Positions 14,422-29,699 of a stretch of DNA of 64,000 bases are shown one piece after another. This DNA comes from Massalongia carnosa (taxonomy: Eukaryota). The notes beneath the pieces are model-generated. The model made no database searches, had not been told where the DNA came from, and saw nothing but the letters and a program-made list of their open reading frames with translations. The number at the start of each line of letters is the position of its first letter. Positions within the stretch are counted from its first letter, which is position 1. The stretch covers positions 2,542,001 through 2,606,000 of the forward strand of contig OZ287068.1 of NCBI GenBank assembly GCA_965645245.1, in the 5' to 3' direction. The translations under genes and the position numbers were made by a program.

Positions 14422-14599
14422 CTACGACGTAGTTCACGTCAATGTTAGCAATGGTTATTCGGTAGGTAAGCGCAACCCAGAACCGGGCTGACATGAGACT
14501 CATGTCATTGACCCTCCTGCCCGTTCATGCTTGCGTTTGTCAACGGGCGGAAGTTATGCTACCAAGGTGCTGGAACGGTCGAAACAACGTGGGACTCAC
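14422..14599 (-). other. Putative 5'-UTR intron of veA
   Basis: On the minus strand: donor GTGAGT at 14599, branch GCTAAC at 14449-14444 and acceptor TAG ending at 14422, 167 bp upstream of the veA ATG. Confidence 0.55.
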
Positions 14600-15804
14600 G
14601 ACTTTGAACGAAACCCAAAACGAATGCGACAAAGGATATACAAGCCTATACTGAAGGACGAGCGCATGCGATGAACAGTTTTTATAAATAATGATGACAA
14701 TCTGAGAAGGAATGCATGGATGAACAATGCGATGACGGTATGTCCGCGATCGAATTGGCCAGCCGCTGTCACGGTGGAAGGAAGGGAAGAAGGGAGGGAT
14801 GGAAGAACCCGTTACGGGGAACAGAGGAAGACAGCCAAGTTGCAGCCCACTAGCACAGCGACTCCAGCAACTTTCCCGCCCACTTTAGTTCGGTCTAGTA
14901 ACCGAGGACTCTGAACCGACTCTATCCCTAACTTACAGAGTAGTTACACCGCACAGTTTTCTCCCCTCTCTCAAGCACTCTCTGGTTGGAAATTGGAAGT
15001 GCTAGAGCACGGGGTGTAGAGACGGCTGGGGAGGGGAATTGAGCGGTTGTCGGGTCCTCTTTACCCGCAACCTGACTGCTGGGAAGGAGTCAATGCCAAT
15101 TGTCTCATCCAACGCTTGGGTTGCTGGAAGAGGGTCAGCAGAGTAGAGTTGTTGGGTAGGTTTGGCCCGGTGAAGAGGATGGGACGAACGATGATTGATA
15201 GGTAAATGGATGAGTGGATGGGGTCTGCCAAAGACGGAGAAGATTTCAATGGGCTAGTTAGTTAGCTGGCTTGGGCAGAAACCCCCAAAGTGAGAGGTGT
15301 TCAGGTCACACCATCCGTATCCGTACTCGTTGCTTTTCGTCCACTTTTGCCAAAAGGTAGCTACTTTGTACGCTAACTTCCACTCGGGTTAGCCACCCGG
15401 GTGAACCAATGCAATGCACCTGCAAAGAAGTTGAACGTGAGATCCTGGAAAGTCGATTGTGCGTATGTGTGTTGGTGGAGAAAGGAAAAGGGTTTTTCGG
15501 TTTCGGTTCTTCAAGTGCGCAACTGATGCAGGTGGCTGCACAAGTTTATTGGTGGAGACATTTGTCAGGAAATGATGGTGAGGCCAAGCCGCCCAGTGGC
15601 CCCCAGTAGCCAAACATAGGAGTCCTCGAAGCAGTTGCGGTTCCAGTAGGATTGAGTGAAGAGGCGTCAAACCTAGTGACGAGGCGTTTGGTTGAACCAA
15701 CAGCAACCCCACTTGACCTGATCTGACCCTCTCCGGGAGCGACCCGTCGTTCCGCCGTCGACTGGCAGGCAAAACATCGCTAGGATATCCTGTCCAGCGG
15801 ACAG

Positions 15805-15903
15805 AGTACTCGGTACACAGTACTCGGTACAAAGTACTCGGTACACAGCAGGACAGTACTCGGTACAAAGTACTCGGTACACAGTACTCGGTACACAGTA
15901 CTC
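15805..15903. repeat. 14-bp tandem array (AGTACTCGGTACAM), about 6.5 copies
   Basis: Copies start at 15805, 15819 and 15833, then an 8-bp spacer, then 15855, 15869, 15883 and a partial copy at 15897. Confidence 0.9.
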
Positions 15904-18654
15904 ACATTCCGGTGCTCCTTGCAACAATAGATATAGAGTACGGAACACTTTGCCGATATACGATTACAGGGTACAGAGTACAGAGTACAGAGTACGCCGT
16001 AATCTCTAGTCTACTTCGTACTTACTTCAAAACGCCCATCATTCCCATCGAGGACTAGAGACTGACCAATCATTATCTATCAAATCAAACTTTTGGTGAA
16101 CATAAACCCGCACAACCTGCACAAACGAGCATTATACCCTGATTACAAGCTTTTCAGCTAACGCGCCACCAAAGTCAAATCTCATTCTTATGCTTTATAT
16201 GCACAAAAGTAGGATCCTGGAATGCGAGTTGCCGGATCGAGTTGGGGCTCTTCATCGTACTTTAGAGGTTGGGGGAAGGTTGGAAGTACTATTCCGGGCA
16301 GAGTGCTCTGTACAGAGATATACTGTAACTACAGAGGACAGAGTTCTCTCGACCCTAAACCATGTGCAGAGCAATATTTTCCTACCCAAACTCGAGAGCA
16401 TCAGTTGCAACAGGATAAAGGAGTCGTTCGACTTGGCTCATTGGTTGACTGGCTTGTCGATTTGTCGATTTGTCTTGGAAGGATTCTCAATACCGCACTA
16501 GAGTACAAGGTACTGCGCACGGATTTCCAGCCTCCCGAAAATCCTCCCAAGTCGGCTGTTCTTTTGGGGGTTCATATCTTGTCAAGATGTCATTCGAACC
16601 GACAGTTAAAGTCAGTTACCTAACCCCTGCATAGTTCACAGTTCACGAATCTGAACTGATCAAAGAAAGGCTGCGTCGATCTACAGTTCCCTGCAGCGCT
16701 ACCCAAGAAAGGGCCCTCTCTCCACACCGATCACGGCATCAAAATACTCTTTCTTCATGAACACGACAAATCGGTCGACAGACCAAGAAACCAACCATCT
16801 TGACTGTTAACGATACCGAATTCGCATGGCGCATTACATGTGCATTCCACATGCCGCAGTTTGTGTTTGATACCGAGTACGCCGTATAGAATACTCTACG
16901 TGCCGCTGTGTGCCAAATGCCCATTGCCAATTGCCAATTACCAATTAGTTACCAATTACCCACTCCAGAGTAAATACACTGTACTGTACACTATACTATG
17001 TACACCATCCACTGTACTCGGTTCAAATCCAGCCATCCACCCTACATCAATAGTTGCAAAGCTCCACAATCAGTTGGTCATGATGTCGAATAGACCAACT
17101 TCCAGCGATCAGAAAGCAGGAAATCTCCAGTCCATACTTCAGGGACGCCGTGTAGCTTGCTCGAACGTTTGATTTACAACCAGTAGTTGTCTAGTTGTCT
17201 ACGAAGTAGTTATCTATCATCCACAGAGTAGGTATCTGGTATCTACCTGCATGCCTACCTGCCTACCTACCGACCTACTCGGTATCCACCATCGTCAGCC
17301 CATCACGTCATCGCAGCTTAGGGCTGTGTAAATCTTTCCGTAATTGGTTGCGTGTGCGCCCAGTCATTGACATTTCCATCAGGCAGATTCTTGTCTTGGT
17401 TGAATGCCACTCGGCCCACGTCTAACCTGTTCGTAACTTGGTTACGCTGTAATCTGGACTCAGGCTCTAGTCTCGATACTCACTAATACTCACTACTCAC
17501 GGAGCCTTGACTCACCACAGCAGTTCCCGTTTCTGAATTGCGTGTGCATCAGACAAGTGCAAAGGTTGAACTTGAAACGCATGACATATGCCAGAACATT
17601 CCCAATCTCCAAACGGCCGAATCTGGTCATTCAATGATGTTCGAATCATTCCAACTCTGCTCTGTGCTTCCCCAAATAGCATGATGCAGATCAGCGGCAA
17701 AACATACAGACTATCAGCCGAATGAGGCCATGTCAGCAAGCTCCATGATGACCACCGAGTGCATAGGTAAGTTGCGGTCAAGTTACGGATACAAATGCAA
17801 AGATTTCGCCTTTGCGATCCATGCCCCCCATTTCTATCCACTTTGCATCCTCTGTTCAGTGCCGGATGTACGCTGTACAGATGATAACCGTTGAACCCCG
17901 CATGATCTGCGTGGTTATCTTCATGTCCTTGTGCTTGAAAAAGGAAGGAGCAAATGCGTTGATCTGCAGCCGTTACAACCGCAAGCTTATTTTCGTGTCG
18001 ATTCGCATCCTTGCCCGCGTCCGCCAATCAATGTGTCCTACACGTTTCCGCTGTCATTTCGTTCACCCGATATCATAATCTTCTCCGAAATTTAACTCGC
18101 GATCCTTTCCATGCATCGAGAGCCGTGGTTTGGGTGCTAGAAGGGACCACGAGGCCCGCGTGTCAAGAGGCGACCGAACACTCCTGTTATGAAACGCGAT
18201 CAAACCGCTTCATTGCATCGCTATTAGCACGAGGAATTCCAACGCACGTCCATATTCTCGCTTGAAGCTACACATTGACTACAAAGTGCAAAGCAGAACT
18301 AAACGTCAACAGGTCATCACACATTGGTCCTCTTCTACCGCTCATCACAAGAGACTTGGTTTCGGTCAGAATGCTTAGTAGGAAAAACCTTTTCAGTCAG
18401 TTCCACCTGACTGCAGGGACAACCATGACATGCGAATTATTAGCTTCTTCTCCAGAGCAGCTTAACTTCGCTGATCCATTAATGAGGTTAGAGATGAAAG
18501 CTCGCCTCAAGACGCTCTGCCCTCATTAGTCCTACCTAGAATTTACTCAACGTTAAGGGGTTGAAAAGCGGTAACTATGAGAGCAAATATGATTCGGAGT
18601 GCTTTCAAATATCCTGTTCAGTTATACTCATTGAGTACTAATAACCACATTGCT

Positions 18655-19236
18655 ATGTTTCTGTTATCTTTTGGCTTTGCCGTTACCCTATCGTTTATCC
18701 CCAATGTTTTTACAGCCCCGAGGTTATCATGGGTGTCGGTTTATTCAATCGTCCACACTATAGTCCTTTTCGATGCTGTGGGTTTACCCATTCTTTCTCT
18801 CATCTGTACTTTATATGAATTTAGTAGAATCGTATGGGCATTGAACTAATGCATAGTTCATACCTAGCAACCAGGCACTCCGGTCTCATGTAAACATATC
18901 TTCTTATGCGCATTCCCTTAACAAAGCACATTCAAATTCATGAGTGGTTGGGTTCTCACATTGATCGACCTACAGAAAAATCGGGGTTCAAATGCAGAAA
19001 CATGACATAAGCTGTAAAACAGGCCCCGAACCCTTGACTCCTTGTACTTATCTCTCTGTCTGCGGCCGAAAAGGGTCCCATCAACAAACAGCTGTGACTG
19101 TATCAAGCATGTTTCCGTACTCGTTACGCCCAAAGGGAGAACGAAGGAGCCGAGCGGGCTAAGATGGTTTAATAAGAGTATTCTTAGACATATCATCAAT
19201 AAGACAAAGAGAAAATACACCAAAAACAAAAGATAA
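18655..19236 (+). pseudogene. Possible relic of a small secreted Cys-rich protein gene
   Basis: Signal-peptide-like MFLLSFGFAVTLSFIPNVFTAP, intron-like segments ending CTAAT..CATAG and CTACAG, and Cys-rich fragments in different frames (CKTGPEPLTPCTYLSVC; CLRPKRVPSTNSCDCIK). Confidence 0.2.
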
Positions 19237-19751
19237 ATCCAACCAAAAACAGTTCAAGAGATGAATACAGACTTACTAGGGACGCAGGTGAGGGGTCGAG
19301 GGGTGGATCCAGTTATCGGAGGGTCATCCGGCGTTGCCCAGCAGGTTGAAAGGGAGGGTTCTCAAAGACAAAGAACTCATCCTGAAGGGAGTGAAAAACG
19401 ACACACTATCGTTCACAAGGGTGGAATAAACACGGAACGTTTTCAAATAGTCATACAGCGACTGTCTATAATGTCTTTGTGCCCCGGTGTCCTTGACTCA
19501 TTCCTTTCTACTCCTAGCTTCCTAGGCATAACTTCCACTCCCTTTGTTCCTATAGTAAAACTATCCCTGGCTCTCCCGCATATAAATATCACTCAATCCT
19601 AATCCTTCAGAAGAAAAATCCCCAGCATGTAGTACCTCTACATTGATAATAACAGCAAACCAAGATATATCTTGCAGCCAGAGAAGCAAAAGCAGGAGCC
19701 AAACAAGAAAAAATCCACCAATCCAAAACCATCGACCAGTCTTTCGCAACC

Positions 19752-20111
19752 ATGGGTCTCCTCCCCCATAAAGTTGAGCTCTTAACCTACAGTCCCTTCA
19801 ACAGCACAGCCGCCGCCGCAGCGCCGAGCAGAACTTACTCACACCTTCAGCCCCGCAACCTCACCCACCCCCTCGCGAACCTAACCCTCCCCATCCACGC
19901 CGCCGCCGCCGCCGCCATGGTCGTAACTCCTACCCCCACGGTCACCCACGCCCGCGAATTCCAGCACGTCGAACCCCGCCCCGACCAGAGCCGCCACTAC
20001 GACGGCATATCTACCGAAACAATCCTGGCGCTTGCGGTCGTCGGCGGGCTCGCGCTCTGCGCGGGACTTCTTGCATGCTGGTGCAAGCGGAGGGGGGGTA
20101 GGAAGCGATAG
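19752..20111 (+). CDS. Small single-pass membrane protein, hypothetical (119 aa)
   Basis: GC3-rich ORF in AT-richer surroundings. A C-terminal hydrophobic segment (ILALAVVGGLALCAGLLACWC) is followed by a basic tail (KRRGGRKR). Confidence 0.5.
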   Translation: MGLLPHKVELLTYSPFNSTAAAAAPSRTYSHLQPRNLTHPLANLTLPIHAAAAAAMVVTPTPTVTHAREFQHVEPRPDQSRHYDGISTETILALAVVGGLALCAGLLACWCKRRGGRKR

Positions 20112-20652
20112 TTATGGGCTGGATGTAGGCATTAGAGAGGAGGTAAAGGGTTTAGGGTTCTTTATTTGGAAGGATTTCTTCCGCGTTTTTCTTTTCTTCC
20201 GGTTGGTCGGAAGAGATAGAAAGTGATAGAAAAGTTAGAAATGAAACGGATTTTTTGGGGGAGTTTTTGAGATGATCTCTCTCACAGTATCTGCATCAAA
20301 TCTGAGATTTTAAATGTTAACTAACAATTGCGACCTGAAGCGATGATAGGAATAAACATTGGAATGCTCTAATCAGAACTATCTTTGAAAGCCTGTATAT
20401 CACTATTAAATTCTTATATTAGCTCATTCCTCACAGGTCTGCGTTTTACATTTCGTAGTGTTATACCTAGTCGGTGGATGCAGTTGGCTAAAGATCTACA
20501 GTGATGAGCATTCTTGACAGCATAAAGTTCGTACTGCCTTATGGGTACCTGGTCTTTCTTGCATTGTTTTTCTAGCGCGGATTTCCCGCTCGAGCCTGCG
20601 TCACCCTTTGTACCATTTCTTTTCTTGTCAACAAACGCAATTCTACAGCTCA

Positions 20653-21239
20653 CTACGAGAGGTGTAAAACAGAGTCCAAGGCACCTTTTTCGACCAGGTC
20701 CGCCTGGATGGAAACCGCCTGCGTCCCTATCGGCAGCTGCTCAATCCGCACCTCCGAGCAACCACGACAGCTCTCGGTGCCATGAACCAACGTATACCAA
20801 TGCTCCGTGTTGAACGCCTCCTGCATTCCCTGCGCGCGAACCACCAGTTCCCGCGCCGTCAAATGCCCTCCCGCACCCCTTGCCACAATCTTCACCTCTA
20901 CCGCTGTCGTGCCCCCTCCACCTCGACCCGCACGTTGACTCAACCCTCCTAGCCCTTTCGGCTGCGAATGTCCACACTTCCAGTACCCTTATACAGAGAC
21001 AGCGGCACGCAGACGGCATATTGCAGGCCCACGGAGTTCATTTCCGTGATGCAGACGGCGGCAGCGTTTAAGGATGCGTCGGGGGTACGCGGGGCTGATC
21101 CGGGTTCCAGCAAAGCAAGGTGTAACTGTTGATGCTGCGAGACGGAGATAATGAACTGGGTTCTAGGCGGGTAGACGGTGATGGGACGAATAATATCGAC
21201 TTGACGCATGGAGAGGTTGGTTTCATGGTTGGTCTCCAT
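20653..21239 (-). pseudogene. Disrupted hypothetical gene
   Basis: The frame reads ...DIRSRKG*EG*VNVRVEVEG (TAG and TGA, plausibly former Trp codons), then shifts frame into TTAVEVKIVARG...EHWYTLVHG. Composition is GC-rich and coding-like. Confidence 0.35.
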
Positions 21240-23959
21240 GGTTGACGACCATGGTTGACGAAAGCGCCGGGTCGCGAGCGGGGACTAGACTAGACGGTAG
21301 GGCAGATATTGGGAAGAGCAATATAAAGAAAGGAAGGCAACCCAGGGATGAGAACATAACTGGAATCATCGACGGAGACGCATGCAAATCAGATACTAGT
21401 TGGACCGTGATTTTCGGATCCTTGGATTCGAGGTACCCAAGATGTCGGAAACTGCTTCACCCATATAGTCTTATTTCGTTAACGCTAAGCAGCCTAACCA
21501 AAGGTTCTCAGGGTTGGTTTCAGCCATCTACTTCCTCAAATACAGAAGGGACAGCCGCTCCAAACGTTGATCCTACACGTCAATCCATTACTAGCGAGCT
21601 CAGAGGAATAAAATTTGCCAGGGAAGCGACCTTGCACGATTGGGCTGGCCCCAAATTTCTCTAACGTTGACCTCGGTTTCCGTTTCGTCGTTGATTTTTC
21701 CTGTACCGCCTTACGTATATCCCTCCCTCTTTCGAGTATCCTATTCTCCATTTCCCCTCTTTTTCCAATGCTGGAGAAGTGGACTTTTGGGGGGGGGGAG
21801 GAATGAATTGATGAGTTGATGGGCTTATTCTGAGGAGAGAGGAAAGTGGGGGAAGAAGATGCAGAGGAAGCAGAAAAGTAGGGGAAAGAAAGGGAGAGAA
21901 AAAGCAACAACTTCCACCTCCCAGCTTCCTTATCTCGTCTTCGCCCCCTCCTCCCTACGCCCGGCTGCTCAGAAAATAAGTAATCACTGGCCTTTTCAAG
22001 AATCGAACAAGGAAATTTAGCAAAAGGTATAAAAGTAAGGAATGCACGGATGGATATGCAGCCGCGGGGCAGGGTTTTCAAAAACGATATGAAACCTACA
22101 AAAATCCGAATACTGCGTCTTACTCTGATCTTGCACCAATCTTTTCGATTTCTAAAACCTAATATATACATTCAAGTCGTGTAATCTGAAGGATTTCATG
22201 TTTTTTAAAAACTCCAACTCCTCCTAGTTTGCTTGAGGTTTTTTTCTTTCTTTTTTTAAAAATTCCAAACACGCTCTTCCTTTCGTTTTACTTCTTCAGG
22301 CTCCCCCTTCTCCTCCCTCTCTTCTGAGCCCATGGGCAACTTCTTCACCAAGCCAGCATACGTAGCGATCTTGGTTCCCCCCCCCCCCGAAAAATACGCA
22401 CAAGGGGGGATTCGGGAGAAGTTCTGCTGCTTCTGCTTGCTGCCAGCTATAACTAGCTTCCTAGTTTAAGACTTGGGGATGTTGAAAAGTGGTCTGATTT
22501 GGCCCCGTGATTTTTCTCCTTGCCGACATTCGAAGCACATCGTGCCTGTCGTCCCACTGATAGTTGCTATTGATTTTCTTTTTGGGGGGGGCGGGTTTCG
22601 AGGGCCCACCAACGCTCTGACAAAGAACGCAGGACTTACTACCTTTTGATCCATGGGCTGATCCCCGGGTACAGTTCAACGATGTCGTGGAGATCCCAAT
22701 CTGGGAATGTTCTTGATTGTCTTGAACGACTATAAACAGGCAATGCCGGAAAATCTGATGCATTCGATATTTCACCGCTTTCGGGGACCCCTCCCTTAAA
22801 GCCAGGAAGCTTATCCGCATCACTCCAAAGCCTGATTCGGTAGTCGAAAGCGATAAGTCGGAAGCCATGGATCCAAAAAAACTTCATTTGGCATACGCAA
22901 ACAGTCCTTGTTAGCCGCTGCTTTCCTCATCGTGCAAATCAACAAGCCTCCATTTCGACGGCTAAATTGCTCACTTTCTTACATGATCTAGGCGATTACC
23001 GTCAAATAGAATGGTTCTCGAAGACGGCACTTTTCCTCTATGATCGGTGAAGATTTAGCAAGCCCTAGGGGGTGGGGTGGAAGTTAAGAGCTCCTGACCT
23101 TATTAAGGGGAATCATATCAAGCTCCTCATCAAAGTACAATTGGATCCTGCGATCTTCGGATCATTAGCTTCAAAAACGAGTCCTAGAGTTGAGAGAAGA
23201 GTTCTAGTCTAAGTTTCGATGGCTTCACAATGTCCTATTTAAAATTTTCATAGACTTAGCAAAGTTAGCTCCCAACCTCCCTGCTCTGCCAACGTTAACC
23301 CCTGGGTGCGGAGCACATACCAAGAAAGATAACCCCGGCAGTAGAATCCACAATATCATTGTCGAATACATTCATGCCCATCACCGCAGTGAAGCAGCGC
23401 TTCGGTATGACCAACCCCTTAAAGAGAAAGAGCCAACAGAGCTAAGCGAGCGCTATCGCTAGCTACCATTAGGCCGCGTCATCAAAGGCTTGTTGATAGT
23501 ATTTATATGACCCCAACCGTGCCTGTCCCGGGGCGGTGATTCCTAGCAAGTCTCCGCTAGGCATTTGAACTATGCGCAAAAAGGCTTGCTAGCATTGATG
23601 GGGGGGGGAGGCACTCATCAGCCCACTTCCTGAACACAATCTGCATCCTATTCCGAAGGTATGTAAGCACGCAAGCGGCTGGCAAAATGGTTCTGCAGGA
23701 GATGCTTGAGCCAAAAGGCTATGGCGTTCTTCTCGTTTATATTACGTTTACCGGCTTTCCAGTCAGTCACGTCATGGACAAAAGACGATGCTATGTAGCT
23801 ACATACCTGTTTTAGAGCAGGGGGCCTGACCTCGAGCGTTCTGTGAATTACCCACATCTCCTACCCCACAGCCGCGTCGTGGCGGGGGAGGCGGGATTCG
23901 TGGAGCCTATGCAGCCCCGGGTCCACGAGATAAAGATATGTATTAGTTGATTGTAGCAC

Positions 23960-23961
<2 letters not shown>

Positions 23962-23994
<33 letters not shown>
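23962..23994. repeat. (CT)n microsatellite
   Basis: About 16 contiguous CT units. Confidence 0.9.
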
Positions 23995-23997
<3 letters not shown>

Positions 23998-24627
23998 TCG
24001 TTCGGTCCTAAATACAGTAGTAGTAGCCCCAGTGCAAAAGAAAGCTACGAGGAAGCCCCCACTCGTCCTTCTCGTTCAAAGCCATGATTTCCGAAGAGGA
24101 AACAAAAGTCGAGATGAAGAAGTTTCGGGAGAGGGGGGGGGGAATGGGTTGCGCCACGTTTACTGTGGGATATATATGGGATGGATTCGGAGGCAAAGAC
24201 AAGGGAGTTGAATTATTGGAAAAGGGGAGAGCAAAGAGAGGGGGCGGAGCATAGTCGAGGAGGATGAAAGGATCGGAAACCTCTCTCTCCCCCCTTCCTT
24301 CGTCATCCCTAGAAGAAATGGAAAGGAAACGGGAAACCATCCGATGTTACACTAAGGCGAGATCTAGATTACCCTGTGCCTTCGCCTTTGCTCCTATGCT
24401 GTGGCCCCCTACCTAAATAAGAGAAATCCGCCGCTACTGATGGTGCTCCGGCCAATGCACTCAAATAGACCCTCTAGCTCCTCATTATCTCGCCTAGAAT
24501 ATTGAAGAAAGATTCCGCGACATTAAAGCTCGACTCTACTTATTTACACTCAATCTTCTCACTTCCTCTTCCCTTCATGAACCGTGCATACAAACAGTAA
24601 ATTAGCTAGCTATCTCTGGAATTATTT

Positions 24628-26991
24628 TTACAGCCTGCTCTGGATCTTCCTCTCAAGCTTCTCTTCATCGGCCAGGGACTGGGCGTATAGCTCATCGAGC
24701 TCCTTGCGGAATTTCTTGGCTGTCTGAGGCCGTTTAAGCTTGAGCCTATAGCATAGGGGATTACGTTAGCCACTTCCACTCGAACGAACCCCTTGTTGGG
24801 CCAAGTCTTAACAAGGCGAATCACTCACGTTGGTGTCAACAGCTCGTTCTCAATCGAAAATGGCTCTAGATGAAGATAGCAGTTCCTTACCCGCTCATAC
24901 CCCGCAAACGAGTTCTTCCTTCCTACCTTCTCTAGCTCCTTCAACACCGCTTTTCGGACTCTTTCGTCCTTACAAGCCACCCCAAGAGCCTGCAAGTCAG
25001 TGGAAAGGATAGACTTCCCGAGCACTTTACTGGCGAACGGCGCAAACAGTTCTGGCATGATGCCGAAGATGGCAACCAGGAACGTCTGCACGGAATCGCC
25101 ATGTACATATGCTTGGGATAGGAAGCTCAGGTGTGAGAGATAGACGTTCTCTATGCGCTCCGGGGAGATATACTCGCCTTGCGCGAGCTTGAGGACATTC
25201 TTCACGCGATCGATGATTTGAAAGCGGCCCCGAGAGTCGACGGTGCAGATGTCTCCGGTACGAAACCAGCCGTCAGGTAATAGCACTTTCTTGGTTTCTT
25301 CCTCGTTTTTGTAATAGCCTGTAAACAAAGAGTTTCCTCTTATGAGTAATTCTCCCCTTGGCTGAGGCTTGTCTGTGACAAGATAATCCATATCAGGTAC
25401 GCTGGCTAAGCATAACTCGTTCGCAGGGCAGGGAGCACCGCAATTTCCAGCAGAAAAGTCTCCGATTATTTGGACAAGACTAACAGCGTAGGTCTCCGTT
25501 AAGCCATAGCCTTGCAGGACATGGTTCCCAAATACCACACGTAGAAACTGGTGCAAAGTAGGATCCAGCGGCGCTGAACCAGAAACCAAAGACGTCGCAC
25601 GTTCCAACCCAAGCGCGGCTGTCACTTTGCGACCCCAGAGGCGATCGTAAATCGCATGTCTATTGGTCGCAGATGGAGAATCTGGGTCCTGCAGAGATGC
25701 GAGCTTTGTGGATACAATATGGCGTGCCAGAGCACCTTTCACTCCAGGTTGTGCGGTTGTTGCAGCACGTATAGCACCTCCGAAGCGATTGTAAAGGCGA
25801 GGGACAGAGGTAAAACCGGTGGGACGCAAAACCTTCATGTCGTCGACTAATGCAAGAATATCACCATGGAAATATCCGATTGAAACGCCACCCCAAAGTG
25901 CCCCATGCTCAACCATACGTGCATAAATATGGGCTAACGGAAGGTATGAAATGAACACATTTCCTGGGCCTGATGAAATAGCACAAATGGCAGCCGATGC
26001 TGCTGCGACGGCTGCTGAATGGGCCAACACAACACCTTTCGGTGGCCCAGTGGTACCGGATGTATAATTGATTGTTATAATATCTGAAGGTGAAGGGGGG
26101 TGGTATAATGGCTCCCCGAAGGATGCTCCCAGAGCTTCGACCTGGTCGATGGAGTAAATCTGCACACCAAGGTCTGAGGCAAGACTAGTAAGAAGAGCAT
26201 ATTTTGAATAGCCATCTTTCTCCCCGTCGTCTAGACTGTCGAGAGAAATGATAACCTTTAAACTAGGCAGTCTAGGTTTAAGCTTGAGGAGAGTAGGGAT
26301 ATGAGGAAGAGATGTAGCGACACAAGGCAGAGAAGCATGGTTGACGATATATTCTGTAGCTGTTGGGCCAAGAGTGTCGTATATAGATACTGTGTATAGT
26401 GATTGGGACATACAAGCCAGATCTAGGGACCTGTCAGCCAAGAAAATTGTAGGAACTGTACATATCTCACCCGTCAACTGCCATTCAGGGCGATTCTGAC
26501 ACCAAAGCCCCACACCATACGTCTGGTTTAAAACACCAGCTTGTTTGTTGATTTCAACAATGCCAACCCCAAAATTCGCCCGCCGTTTCTGCACGGTGCC
26601 ATAAGGCAGCCATTGGTATGGTCCATACACCCTCGTTGCTTTATTAAACGGGCGGTAGCCAAGGCAATTTCGTGAAGGTTGACGATTTGCTATCAAACCT
26701 TAGTAAGATTGAGAACTCGTATTTAGTGGTGCCAAATACCCGACTCTTCGAACATTTGATGCGCCGTTGAGACCTACACATGAAGTTAGTCAAATAAACT
26801 GCAAGCATGTTCATTCTGTCAATCTTTCCACATACATTCGGGTCCATACTCTTCAGCAACTCATTTTGAAACCTCCAGTGTCTGTAAACTGCACTCCGAT
26901 CAGATTGTTCTGAATTTGGCACGGGCACCCCATAAGGGGAACCCGCAGGAGGTGGAAGGGCTATCTGTTGTGCACGTTCAAGGAAAGCCAT
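24628..26991 (-). CDS. Long-chain fatty acyl-CoA synthetase (AMP-binding; FaaB/ACSL-like), multi-exon
   Basis: INYTSGTTGPPKG, SYLPLAHIY, QGYGLTET and GWFRTGDI...IIDRVKNVLKLAQGEYISPE. The last exon reads LKLKRPQ...KIQSRL*. ATG at 26991. Confidence 0.92.
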
Positions 26992-27260
26992 CTTGACCAA
27001 GGCGCCAGAAGTTCAAGGACGTGAGAGAGACAAGAATATAAGATAATGAAGGAATCTAGGTGCAGACAGAGCGATGACGTCACCGAAGACTAGGAGGAAC
27101 TTGGGTTCATTCAATCTTTGCGGGAACTCTCGAGTATAAGAGATGAAAAATAGGGAGTATATTTTTGAGGTTTTCTAGATCACTTTGACGCAACCAAGGT
27201 GCATCAGCAGTGGAGGGAAACAATAGGCAATATGGACAGTAGCAGTTGAAGTGAATTGTA

Positions 27261-27266
27261 CCTCGG
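27261..27266. promoter_or_regulatory. CCTCGG core, candidate FarA/FarB (CTF1) fatty-acid response site
   Basis: Exact CCTCGG 270 bp upstream of the acyl-CoA synthetase ATG. This is the established motif of fatty-acid utilisation genes in Pezizomycotina, but it is only 6 bp long. Confidence 0.45.
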
Positions 27267-27665
27267 CCCGGCCACCGGAGCGCCCGACCGGTAACAGGCC
27301 GAACACAGGCACGTGACAGGCTTCGATTAGGTAGCTAATTCTCCGCATCCGTACCCATCCTCCGTATGTGCTCCAACCTGAGATTTGACCGCTGAATCTG
27401 CATCCTTTTGGTCACTTAAGGTACCATCCTCGTACTTAACGTGCCCATGACAGCTCCTTTATAGAGTAGTGTTGCGATAGCTGTAACACTGCCATGCATG
27501 CATGCAGGCAGAAGGGAAAGCTAACTTAAGTTACAAGGTACAGAGCAAGTGGCGCTCGTCTCGTCCTACCACGTGCCTCTTGGAGAACCTATCTCCTTGG
27601 GGGCTATCCCTTGACGATTTTCAGGTGCAGATAGAGAGGTCAATGTATTAACTTATCGAAAAAAA

Positions 27666-29358
<1,693 letters not shown>

Positions 29359-29560
29359 GTTTGAAAGAGGATAGTTGATTTAATGGTTTCCAACGCACGC
29401 GTGTGCTCCCCTGGGTTTGTTTGCTTAATTTGAACAGGTGGTGATGCTCGAATAGCAATTGGCGAGGACAAAACGTTTTGTGCAACCTCCCGCCAGAAGC
29501 ACCTCAAGAAATCTCCACAACTTAGTGTGACTTGTATGGTACATTTTGGGATTAGTGGCG

Positions 29561-29570
29561 ATGGTGCCAT
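29561..29570. promoter_or_regulatory. CYS-3/MetR-type sulfur-regulatory bZIP site
   Basis: ATGGTGCCAT matches the ATGRYRYCAT consensus, about 200 bp upstream of the cysD ATG. Confidence 0.6.
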
Positions 29571-29699
29571 CGGCGTGATATGCTATCTTGTTTGATGCTA
29601 GGTTCAAGGAATTGACGTCTAAATTGCGTGCTGCAGATGTAGATATTGTATCATGTGCCTGATACTGTGTATGGAAGGTATCATAAAAAGTTGCTATCC

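Noticed and set aside
15389..15948. ORFs with YRVLCTEYC repeats; possible CRISPR-like array
   Set aside because: These are translations of the 14-bp tandem repeat. There are no unique spacers and the context is eukaryotic.
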